Shown here piece by piece: positions 9,552 to 18,447 of a stretch of 64,000 nt of DNA. Positions within the stretch are counted from its first letter, which is position 1. The number at the start of each line of letters is the position of its first letter. Origin of the DNA: an uncultured delta proteobacterium (GTDB taxonomy: Bacteria; Desulfobacterota; Desulfuromonadia; Geobacterales; DSM-12255); contig CAWBBV010000007.1 of assembly GCA_963787125.1 (NCBI GenBank), forward strand, positions 320,001 to 384,000, written 5' to 3'. A program made the translations under genes and the position numbers. Under the pieces are notes generated by a model. That model made no database searches, was not told where the DNA came from, and worked only from the letters and a program-made list of their open reading frames with translations.

Positions 9552-10697
9552 TAGTGTTTAATTGCATAAGTTAGCTATTGTATTTCTAAGCTGAGCGCCT
9601 CTGACTTCTCGTTTGCGCCAAACAAAAGGAGAAGCGGTTTCGTTGTAGCTGGCAATAAATGCTTCGATTGAATTCGTCAACTGTTCCGTGCTTGAGAAAC
9701 TGGCTCCAGATAAGGTTTTACGGCTAAGTATCCCAAACCATATTTCTACCTGATTGAGCCAACTGGCCGAGGTCGGCGTAAAGTGGAAGTGGACATTGGG
9801 ATGTAAGGCCAGCCAATCTTCATTTTTCTTGTGTGTACAGTAGTTGTCGAGAATTACATGAATATCTTCACCATCTGGAACCGTTGACACTATATCATCG
9901 AGAAACGCCTGAAAGTCCGGTCGTTTTTTAGTTACAGTTGTTTTCGACTGGATAGTTCCGGCGGCAACATCTAGTGCTGCAAATAGATTGATGACGCCAT
10001 GCCGCTTATAGGTGCTCTTCAGGCCGCGAACAATTTTACCGCTGCTTGTCTGCACATAACCGGTTGACCGCTCCAAGGCCTGTATAGATGGTTTCTCGTC
10101 AATACAGAGTACCAATGCTTTCTGTGGCGGTGCCAGGTATAAGCCGATTATGTCGGCTGACTTTACCGAGAATTCAGGATCAGTGCTGACACACCACGAA
10201 CGGTGTCGCCGCAACTGAATGCCGTTTTTACGCAGTATGCGCCAGACAACATCATCTGAGACCGCCAATGCTTTAGCCAGTGCACCGCCATCCCATGCCG
10301 CCAGACCTGCTGGCGGAGACTCTTCCAGCTTGGCGAGTATGCGCTGCCTTAACTCTAATGCTGGATATTTAGCTGGCTTGCCGGAACGGGGTTTGTCGTA
10401 TAAACCCGAAAGACCATGAGCCGCAAAGCGTTTACGCCAGATGCCCACAGTCAGCGCTTGCGTATCAAGCTCGGCTGCGACCTCATCATTGCGCTTACCG
10501 GACAGACAGTAAAGTATGATTTTAACTCGCTCCACAATGCGTATTTCTTCGGTCCGGCTTCTGCTTATGCGCTCTAGCTCTTGCACGACCTTGGGCTCAC
10601 AAGTTAGCGCTATTGCAACCCTGGGCATATGACACCTCCATCTCTAGTGGGATGGAGACAGTATAATACTTATATTAACTATTGCAACTAAACACTA
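9552..10697 (-). mobile_element. IS630-family insertion sequence
   Basis: Inverted ends CTAGTGTTTAATTGCA (9551) and TGCAACTAAACACTAG (ending 10698), with the TA/CTAG target typical of IS630. Confidence 0.92.
9558..10628 (-). CDS. IS630-family transposase
   Basis: N-terminal HTH (DKPRSGKP); DDE motifs CIDEK, ILDNY, SWLNQVEIWF. Confidence 0.95.
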   Translation of the reverse strand: MPRVAIALTCEPKVVQELERISRSRTEEIRIVERVKIILYCLSGKRNDEVAAELDTQALTVGIWRKRFAAHGLSGLYDKPRSGKPAKYPALELRQRILAKLEESPPAGLAAWDGGALAKALAVSDDVVWRILRKNGIQLRRHRSWCVSTDPEFSVKSADIIGLYLAPPQKALVLCIDEKPSIQALERSTGYVQTSSGKIVRGLKSTYKRHGVINLFAALDVAAGTIQSKTTVTKKRPDFQAFLDDIVSTVPDGEDIHVILDNYCTHKKNEDWLALHPNVHFHFTPTSASWLNQVEIWFGILSRKTLSGASFSSTEQLTNSIEAFIASYNETASPFVWRKREVRGAQLRNTIANLCN

Positions 10698-10706
10698 GGA
10701 GGAATT

Positions 10707-13334
10707 ATGCATAGCCGACAGCTTCTCATTCTAATAGTGATGTTTTGTTCATTGATATTCGCCATGGCGGCCCACGCCCAGCTCCCCCAGATATCCAGCG
10801 GACTCAGTTACCTTACCGCAGCCCAAAACCCTGACGGCACCTGGGAGACCAGTACTTCACCGGTCGAGACCACCGTTGTCACGGTCTCGGCCTTGGAAAC
10901 GCTCAAACTGCTGAACCAGACCGCCGGAACTGCCTATACCAGCGGCGCTGCCTGGCTACAAGGGCAAACGCCGCTTTCCGTTGATACCATTGCTGATCAG
11001 ATCCGCGTTCTTAGTCTTACCGGCAATAGCATCAATGCTCTTCTTCCTCTTATCGATCCAGCCAAAGGAGCCTGGGGCGGAGATGAAGGGTTTTTAGTCA
11101 ACATCCTCGACAGCTCCCTCGCCCTCCAGGCCCTCCACGCCGCCAACTACCCCGACCTCACCGTCATCAATAACGCCCTGGCCTACCTCACAGGAAGCCA
11201 GAACAGCGACGGTAGCTGGAGTTTCTCAACCGGCAGCGACAGCAACATTTACCTGACCGCCATCGTCTCCGCCACCCTCCAGCAGTTCCCCCAGATGACC
11301 AGCATCGCCGCCGCGGTAAACAAGGCCACGACGTATCTACTCGCCCATCAGAACAGCGACGGCGGGTTTGGCCCTTCGATAGGCTCAGGGCAATCACTTT
11401 CTACAGTCTACGAAACTGCCCTGGCCTACACCGCCCTGGCAGCTGTCGCCACCAACGAAGCGGTATTAACGAACGCTGCCAACTACCTCACTTCTACCCA
11501 AGCAACCAACGGCTCCTGGAACAACGACCCTTACTCTACGGCCCTGGCGCTGAAAGCCCTTTACCTCTCGGAAAACCGCCCATCACCACCGCCGCCGCCA
11601 CCGGCAGGGGGCAAGTTCACCGGCACGGTGGTTGACTCCATCACTCTGCAAAAGGTGGCAGGTGTAACCGTTGCCCTGGTGAGCAACAACCTGATCAATA
11701 CGGTCAGCGACAGTGGTGGGAACTTCACCCTGGCTGATGTCCCTCCCGGCGCTCAGAACGTCAACTTTTCCCTTGCCAGTTTTGCTTCGACAACCTCCGC
11801 AGCTACCGCCATTGCCGACGTTACCACGAATCTCGGCAATATTCCGATGACCTCCGCCTACACCACCGGCGCTATCAGCGGCAAGATCCTTGACCAGACA
11901 GGCAAGCCGCTGGACAATGTCGCCATCGCAGTCAGCGGCTCCTGGAGCGGCAGCGCCGTTACCGGGGCAGACGGCGCCTTTGCCTTTGCTTTTGTCACCC
12001 CCGGCGACGTCACCATCACCGCTGCTAAAACCGGTTACCAGAGCTTCAGCGGAGCGGGACGGGTCTACGCCCGCACCACCCTCTCTATCTCCCCCCGGCT
12101 GAACTCTGCCCAGTCCCAGTTAACCACCGGCAGCATTATCGGCAGAGTTATCAGCGACTTCTGGGGCTACCCGATAGACCATCTGTCGGAAGATCAAGGG
12201 GTGAGGGTCACGATTTCCGGGGGCGCATTCGTCGAGCCAGACCCGAATAACGGCGGCAAATTCGCCATCAATGGTCTTGCTCCCAACACATATCAGGTGA
12301 CAATCGGCATGAGCGGCTTTGTCAGCCAGACCTTCCGCCTGATCGTCGTCCCCGGCGTTACCTCCGATTTGGGGACGATCCGCCTGGTCGAGTCAGTAGC
12401 CACCATGACCCTTGTGGGTAAAGTCACGGATACGGCTACCGGACTGCCGATCCCCAGCGCGGAGATTGTCATCCCTGCCACCGGCCAGACCGCCCGCAGT
12501 GATTTTGCCGGGACGTATGCCATTGCTGATATCAAAACGTTCCAATTAGACCTTAAGGTTTCGGCTGTCGGCTATGTGGCGAAAACCGTTGACCTCTACC
12601 AGGTCGGCATCCATGGCTCAATATGGACCCAGACCGTGGATGTATCCCTGACAGCACAGACTACTATGGGTGATATTTCGGGCAGGGTCATTGCTGGCGA
12701 AACAGGCCAACCGTTGGCCGTAGCTACCATTACCCTGGCGGCTGCGGCAGACACAACAGTGACTACCGGTGCGGACGGCATCTTTACCATGAAAACTCTG
12801 CAGATGGGGGTGCAGCAGCTGCTGATAGCCAGCGACGGCTATGCCCCCCGGACAGTAGAGATGGTCATCTTCCCCGGCATGGTCACTACAAGCGGCGACA
12901 TTGCCCTGGCGGCGGTACCCGTCAATGGCGTTATCCGGGGGGTGGTCCGCAACGCTGAGACCGGCGCTACCCTGGCCGGAGTCCAGGTAACGGTCGACGG
13001 CAGCACGAGTTTGCAGACCGTGACGACAACCGACGGCAGCTATCTCTTCGACCCTGTTGCTCCCGGCCCCGTAACCGTCAACATGACGAAGGTCGGCTAT
13101 TACCCGGCCCGGATCAGCGCCACCCTGGCCGAAGGGGGAATGCTGGTCTTCAGTCCAGCGCTGGCCGCCGCCATGCCGGTGACAGTCTCCACGGCCCTGC
13201 AGACCGATAAGCCGGTCTATGCCAAGGGTGATACGGTCGGCTTCACCACAACCCTGATCAACCGCGAGTCCCGTGACCTGACGGCCACATTACGATCGCG
13301 CCGGACGGTTCAGTTGCCCACAAGGCTGCAGTAG
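10707..13334 (+). CDS. N-terminal part of giant secreted protein: prenyltransferase/squalene-cyclase-type QW repeats plus carboxypeptidase-regulatory-like beta-sandwich repeats
   Basis: Signal peptide ending AHA; QNPDGTW, QNSDGSW, QNSDGGF, QATNGSW; poly-Pro linker; repeated G.I.G.V.D...G.P..G motifs; reading frame shifts near 13294. Confidence 0.75.
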   Translation: MHSRQLLILIVMFCSLIFAMAAHAQLPQISSGLSYLTAAQNPDGTWETSTSPVETTVVTVSALETLKLLNQTAGTAYTSGAAWLQGQTPLSVDTIADQIRVLSLTGNSINALLPLIDPAKGAWGGDEGFLVNILDSSLALQALHAANYPDLTVINNALAYLTGSQNSDGSWSFSTGSDSNIYLTAIVSATLQQFPQMTSIAAAVNKATTYLLAHQNSDGGFGPSIGSGQSLSTVYETALAYTALAAVATNEAVLTNAANYLTSTQATNGSWNNDPYSTALALKALYLSENRPSPPPPPPAGGKFTGTVVDSITLQKVAGVTVALVSNNLINTVSDSGGNFTLADVPPGAQNVNFSLASFASTTSAATAIADVTTNLGNIPMTSAYTTGAISGKILDQTGKPLDNVAIAVSGSWSGSAVTGADGAFAFAFVTPGDVTITAAKTGYQSFSGAGRVYARTTLSISPRLNSAQSQLTTGSIIGRVISDFWGYPIDHLSEDQGVRVTISGGAFVEPDPNNGGKFAINGLAPNTYQVTIGMSGFVSQTFRLIVVPGVTSDLGTIRLVESVATMTLVGKVTDTATGLPIPSAEIVIPATGQTARSDFAGTYAIADIKTFQLDLKVSAVGYVAKTVDLYQVGIHGSIWTQTVDVSLTAQTTMGDISGRVIAGETGQPLAVATITLAAAADTTVTTGADGIFTMKTLQMGVQQLLIASDGYAPRTVEMVIFPGMVTTSGDIALAAVPVNGVIRGVVRNAETGATLAGVQVTVDGSTSLQTVTTTDGSYLFDPVAPGPVTVNMTKVGYYPARISATLAEGGMLVFSPALAAAMPVTVSTALQTDKPVYAKGDTVGFTTTLINRESRDLTATLRSRRTVQLPTRLQ

Positions 13335-16300
13335 TCACTACCCTTGCCTCCGACGGAGTGCGCTCACTGGAAAGCTCATACCCGCTCCCAGCCAGCCTGC
13401 AAGGGGGGATTTACACGGTCTCCGCGGAACTGTTCGACGTGGTCGGGGCCTGGATCGGCGCCGCCACGGGGAGTTTCGGCGTGGCGGTCAGCCGGATTTC
13501 CGTGACCCCCACTCTGCCGCAGATGTTCTCGACCGGCAATAACTCCCTCCTTTTCAATCTCAACAATGTTGGCGATCTGCCGGCAGCCTCCGGCAGATTC
13601 ACCCTTGCCCTCAAGGATGAGTCCGGGCTTGTAGTGGCCGCTATGGAGCAGCCCTTTACGCTTGCCCCGGGTACGGGAAAAACCGTGACCGTCAATCTTG
13701 CCCTGCCGACACTACCCTTCGGCGCCTACAGCCTGGTCTACAGTCAGAGCGATGAAACCCGCGACGGTGTGCCGGTAACTATTCCGCTCGTTAACGCTGT
13801 TACCATAACCGCTCTCTTCGACAACAATTCCCACCGGGTACGGGACACGGCAACCCTGAACGTAACGGTGGCAAATACCGGCCGGTTCGCCCTGGAGAGC
13901 GGCCTGCCCATCGCCGTCACTCTCCCCGCTGCCGGCTACACCGAGACCAGAAGTCTGGTTACTGTCCCGGTTAGCGGCAATACGCAGGTATTCAGCTTTA
14001 CAATCCCCGCGTCCCTCGGTTCCGGCGAGCACATTGCCAGCATCACCGCCGCCCTGCCGGGAGGTCCGGCCATCACCGCCAGCGCCAAACTGGTGATTTT
14101 CCCGGCGGCTCTCACCCTTGAGCCGTTGCCGACAAACGCCGCGGCAGGCGGCGCCGTCAGCGTACATATTGTCAATAGCGGCGGCATTGATACACAGGCC
14201 GCTTGCCGCTTGAGTCTCTACGATATGACGTCAAAGCTGATAGCGGAAAAGGTTGCCATGGAAACGGCCCTGGCCGGCGCCTCACTGCCCATAGCGCTGT
14301 CGATTCCGGCCGGCGCTGTTGACGGCAGCTACAGCCTGGTGGTGAATTACAGGAACAGCTCCACCGGGGCAGAAGAAACAGTATCCGGCCAGTTGCTCAT
14401 TACAGGTGTCAAAGGAAGTCTGCTGGTTACCACAGGAAAATCGAATTATCTGCCGACGGAGCCGATTGCCGGGCAGAGTAGCATCACAACCTCCGGCTTT
14501 CCTTTGCAGAACGGCAATCTCCACCTGCAGGTAACCAACGCCAGCGGGAGTCGGCAGCAAAGAATCTGGACAAGCCAGTTCGACTTTCAGCAGGGGGTGA
14601 GAAGCGGGCTCGATGCCTACAGCGTCCCTGGAGCAGTGTCGCTACTGTCGCTATCTGATAATTTCGATGATGGCATCCTTAATACGGACAGGTGGACGAA
14701 AATAACCGGTAACGCCGGCATGCCCCCGGCAGAGGAATCAGGATTCCTGAAAACAGAACTGCCGGGCGCTGCTACTGCCGGCAACGTGTCAGCTTTGCGC
14801 GCTGCCTATCTCTTTTCCGGAGATTTTGATATTTCTGTCGACTACTCCATCACGAAATGGAGTTCTCAATCGCATATGGGCATCATTACGTACATTGATG
14901 GCAACGAACTCCGCTGGGGTGTGTTTGCAAATAAGTCGTTTGAAACGATGTGGGCATATTACGATTGGCGTGCAGGGTTTACTGCGCCAGATAACGGCAA
15001 GTTGCGATTGAAGCGCAGCGGAAATATGTACTACTGCTATTTTTGGAATGAATCTGCCTGGACTTTGTTCACCGTATACAGGCTGCCTGCGCCGGCGGTA
15101 ACAGTTCAGTTTTGGGCAAACTCTGACACTCAAGGAAATCCCATGGAAATCCATTGGGACAACTTCACTTCAGATACGAATTTCATCTCAGCCGGAACAA
15201 TGAATTTGAAATACGATAGCGGACAATCGGATTATTGGGACAAGTTTGCGTTCGATGGCGATATCCCTACCGGCACCGGTATCAAGTTCCGGACACGCAC
15301 TGCCGAAACTGAAGCCGGTCTGGCCAGTGGTATGTGGAGCGATTACATCACCACTAGCGGTTCGCCGATCACCAACCCGAAAGGGCGCTGGATCGAAGTC
15401 GAGACTACCATGTCCACAACGGATACAACAAAAACGCCGGTTTTGCGTGATATTAGCGTAACCCAGGGGCATAACCCGGGCGAAATCTTCTGGCAGACCG
15501 ATATCCCGGTCAATCTCGATGCCGGTGCGACCACAGCGCCTGCCAGCAGCATCGACACGCTCGCTCAGCCTGGAAAATACTACCTGCAAGGCACTCTGAC
15601 AGCAGATACCGGCCAGACAACCGCCACGGCCGAGTATCCTTTTTATGTCGTTCAGGGGAATATGCTTCTAACGCTCAGCCCCGACAAGAAACTGTACAAA
15701 CCGGGCGAGACAGTTACCATAAACGGTACGATATCAAACATGGCGACAATCGAGGCGGCCAATCTTGTCTTTTCGGTAAAGGCCAAAGCCGGGACTGGTG
15801 CTGAACAAGCACTGATTGCCGACACCTTCAGCATTCCTGTCGGCAGCAGCCGTACGTTCAAAACAACTACAACCGCCGGAACTGATGGGGTTGTCGCCCT
15901 GATGGCAACGATTGCCCAGAATGGCACAACCTTGGCCGCGGTTGCCGATCAGTACGAAATCTCCAGCCCGAAAGTGGCTGCAACCCTGAGCGGGCCTGAC
16001 AACGCCGGTACTGAGCCGATCACCTTGACGCTCACCCTCGCCAACAGCGGCAAGACCGATGCCTTGATTACCGTCACCAAATCGTTCAACTCCCCGCCAG
16101 AGACGCTAACCATCTCTGCCGGGCAGACAAGGTTACTCCAATACCCCCAACAACTCACCGCCGATTCGAACTATGCCTTCACCCTGTCCGGCGATCTGGC
16201 GCTGCAACTGACGAAGACGGTTGTTTATCTCGCCCCCAAGCAGGCAGCCAAGGTGAGCGTAAAAGCAGTTACTGACAAAATCTCCTATAACGCCATCGAG

Positions 16301-18283
16301 AAAGTTGCCATTACCACCACAATAAACTGCCTTAACGCCGGAACAACAGGTGACACTCTTAAGGCAACAGTGATGATAGTCAACAGCGGTGGAGAAGAGC
16401 TCTTCACCGACCAATTCATACTGTCAGCTCCTGATACAGGGAGAATCTACACTGACAGCAGATACTGGAACAGTGCCGCCTATCCGCCGGGCGTCTATGT
16501 CGCCAGAGTGACGGTGGAAAGTGGCGGGGCGGTACTGGCTACCAGCGAAGCGACGTTTACAGTTCTCTCTTCATCCGTGAGCGGAGCAGGAGTTGCAGGG
16601 GCTGTCTCTCCCGCTATGAACGCTGTTTACCTCGGCATTGACGAATCTCTTGCCATTACTGTGAAGAGCAGCGGCAATGAGGATCTGGCTGCGGCTCTCC
16701 TAGCTGTAACAGTGATCAATCCCGATACTCAGGCAATCATGCAGTCCTACAGCAAGATGATTACCCTTCCCCGCCAAGGGACCTTTACCGACACCGTTAT
16801 TGTGCCGACAGCAGCCTTTGCGGCGCGGGATTATCTGGCCATCCTGCAGATAACACTCCCCGGCATGGCTCAGGCCAAGACCATTGCCGGTACTCCTTTT
16901 AGCGTGAAGATTGCGCCGCCGCCCACGCTGCTTATCTCCACCCTGTCAGACGGCGCCGTGACCAATAACCAGACATTGAACATTACCGGTTCCGCGACAG
17001 GGGTAGTCGCCATAAGGTCGCTCACGATCAACACAACCGACGTGCCGCTCAATAGTGACGGCAGTTTCAGTCATGCGCTGCTGCTGCAAACGGGAGACTA
17101 TGTCGTGTCAACCATAGTCACTGACATCCTGGGGCACACTGCCACCGACAGCCGCACCATCACCCTCGACCAGCTGGCTCCAACCCTGACCATAGATTCC
17201 CCGGCGGACAACAGCACAACTGCCGTTTCTCCCATTGAAGTCAAGGGGAGAGTGGACGAGACCTCCACGGTAACTGTCACGGTAAAGGAGAGCGGCCAAA
17301 CTCTCATCATGAACGGCAAGGACTTTTCGGCCACGGTGTTGCCATTGCCAAGATGGAATACCATCGAAATAACCGCAACAGACTTGGCAGGCAATACTAG
17401 CAGCCAGAAGCGGAGCGTGCTGTTCGACGACCAGAAGCCGTCTCTGGCAATAACCGCACCGGATCAGGATATCCGCACCAATAAAAGCAGCCTGACGCTC
17501 AGCGGCAAAGCTTCCGATCCTTACACCGCCGTTGGCGTTACCGTTGCCATGGACGGCAGTGTGCTGGCTCCGGCGGTGATAGACGGTATTTTCTCCCAGA
17601 TTGTCAACTTTACAGACGAAAAACTCTACCCGATAACCGTTACCGCCAGCAATGAGGTGGGAACGCAGACCACTGTGCAGAGGAATGTCATCTTTGACAA
17701 AACCCCGCCGAACCTGACCATTGACCCGGTTGTTACGCCGACGAACGGCTCAGCCCAGACTATAAGCGGCACCAGGGAAAACGGGATAGCAGTAACCGTT
17801 AGCTGCGCTACCGCCACAGTCGGCGCAGTGGAGTATCCGGCCGGCACTACCTGGCGTGCCGCCATCAGCGGCCTTGCGCAGGGGGAGAACCGTTTGCTGG
17901 CTGAGGCATACGACCTGGCAGGCAACAAGACAACAGCCGTCGCCACGATTCTTTATGTGCCGAAAACGCCGGATGTGTTCATCAGCGCTTCCCGGCAGAC
18001 TCTCTGGCCGCCGAACAAAAAGCTGGTGCCGGTAGTCATTAGCGGAAATGTGGCGACCTTTGGCTCTGACATAAAAGATGTGACCATCTCCGTTGCCGAT
18101 GAATACGGGAAATACAATCTGCAGGGGCTCAAATTCGGCGATACGGTGCTGCTGGAGGCGTGGCGGGAAGGGAGCGACATGGACGGCAGGGTCTACACCA
18201 TTACTGCGGTGGTGACGGATCAGGCTGGAAACAGGGCAACGAAGTCAGCTACGGTTATTGTGCCGCACGATATGGGGAAATAG
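13295..18283 (+). CDS. C-terminal part of the same giant protein: MG/Ig-like repeats, lectin-like insert, bacterial Ig repeats and LWPPN...VPHD end domain
   Basis: Frame is open from at least 13295 (IAPDGSVAHK...) into the ORF-track 13358..18283 ORF; TDK..Y..GE motifs; D..PP.L.I and D.AGN Ig repeats. Confidence 0.7.
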   Translation: MAPDGSVAHKAAVVTTLASDGVRSLESSYPLPASLQGGIYTVSAELFDVVGAWIGAATGSFGVAVSRISVTPTLPQMFSTGNNSLLFNLNNVGDLPAASGRFTLALKDESGLVVAAMEQPFTLAPGTGKTVTVNLALPTLPFGAYSLVYSQSDETRDGVPVTIPLVNAVTITALFDNNSHRVRDTATLNVTVANTGRFALESGLPIAVTLPAAGYTETRSLVTVPVSGNTQVFSFTIPASLGSGEHIASITAALPGGPAITASAKLVIFPAALTLEPLPTNAAAGGAVSVHIVNSGGIDTQAACRLSLYDMTSKLIAEKVAMETALAGASLPIALSIPAGAVDGSYSLVVNYRNSSTGAEETVSGQLLITGVKGSLLVTTGKSNYLPTEPIAGQSSITTSGFPLQNGNLHLQVTNASGSRQQRIWTSQFDFQQGVRSGLDAYSVPGAVSLLSLSDNFDDGILNTDRWTKITGNAGMPPAEESGFLKTELPGAATAGNVSALRAAYLFSGDFDISVDYSITKWSSQSHMGIITYIDGNELRWGVFANKSFETMWAYYDWRAGFTAPDNGKLRLKRSGNMYYCYFWNESAWTLFTVYRLPAPAVTVQFWANSDTQGNPMEIHWDNFTSDTNFISAGTMNLKYDSGQSDYWDKFAFDGDIPTGTGIKFRTRTAETEAGLASGMWSDYITTSGSPITNPKGRWIEVETTMSTTDTTKTPVLRDISVTQGHNPGEIFWQTDIPVNLDAGATTAPASSIDTLAQPGKYYLQGTLTADTGQTTATAEYPFYVVQGNMLLTLSPDKKLYKPGETVTINGTISNMATIEAANLVFSVKAKAGTGAEQALIADTFSIPVGSSRTFKTTTTAGTDGVVALMATIAQNGTTLAAVADQYEISSPKVAATLSGPDNAGTEPITLTLTLANSGKTDALITVTKSFNSPPETLTISAGQTRLLQYPQQLTADSNYAFTLSGDLALQLTKTVVYLAPKQAAKVSVKAVTDKISYNAIEKVAITTTINCLNAGTTGDTLKATVMIVNSGGEELFTDQFILSAPDTGRIYTDSRYWNSAAYPPGVYVARVTVESGGAVLATSEATFTVLSSSVSGAGVAGAVSPAMNAVYLGIDESLAITVKSSGNEDLAAALLAVTVINPDTQAIMQSYSKMITLPRQGTFTDTVIVPTAAFAARDYLAILQITLPGMAQAKTIAGTPFSVKIAPPPTLLISTLSDGAVTNNQTLNITGSATGVVAIRSLTINTTDVPLNSDGSFSHALLLQTGDYVVSTIVTDILGHTATDSRTITLDQLAPTLTIDSPADNSTTAVSPIEVKGRVDETSTVTVTVKESGQTLIMNGKDFSATVLPLPRWNTIEITATDLAGNTSSQKRSVLFDDQKPSLAITAPDQDIRTNKSSLTLSGKASDPYTAVGVTVAMDGSVLAPAVIDGIFSQIVNFTDEKLYPITVTASNEVGTQTTVQRNVIFDKTPPNLTIDPVVTPTNGSAQTISGTRENGIAVTVSCATATVGAVEYPAGTTWRAAISGLAQGENRLLAEAYDLAGNKTTAVATILYVPKTPDVFISASRQTLWPPNKKLVPVVISGNVATFGSDIKDVTISVADEYGKYNLQGLKFGDTVLLEAWREGSDMDGRVYTITAVVTDQAGNRATKSATVIVPHDMGK

Positions 18284-18305
18284 AGTAACTCCGGAAGATC
18301 AGGGC

Positions 18306-18338
18306 AAAGGGCCGGGCAGAATATCCGGCCCTTTTTTT
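18306..18338 (+). terminator. Intrinsic terminator ending the accessory operon
   Basis: AAAGGGCCGG...CCGGCCCTTT followed by a T-tract. Confidence 0.8.
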
Positions 18339-18447
18339 GCCCCGGAATTGGTTCCTGGCTGTAGCAAGTTCTGTTTCCCTTTCAGGCAAAATAATGTAAG
18401 TTATCCGATCATTATCACGTTGTTGAAAAACTACTCGGGGCTGAATT

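Noticed and set aside
10707..11570. Squalene-hopene cyclase
   Set aside because: Only a short QW-repeat domain in a secreted protein, with no DxDD motif
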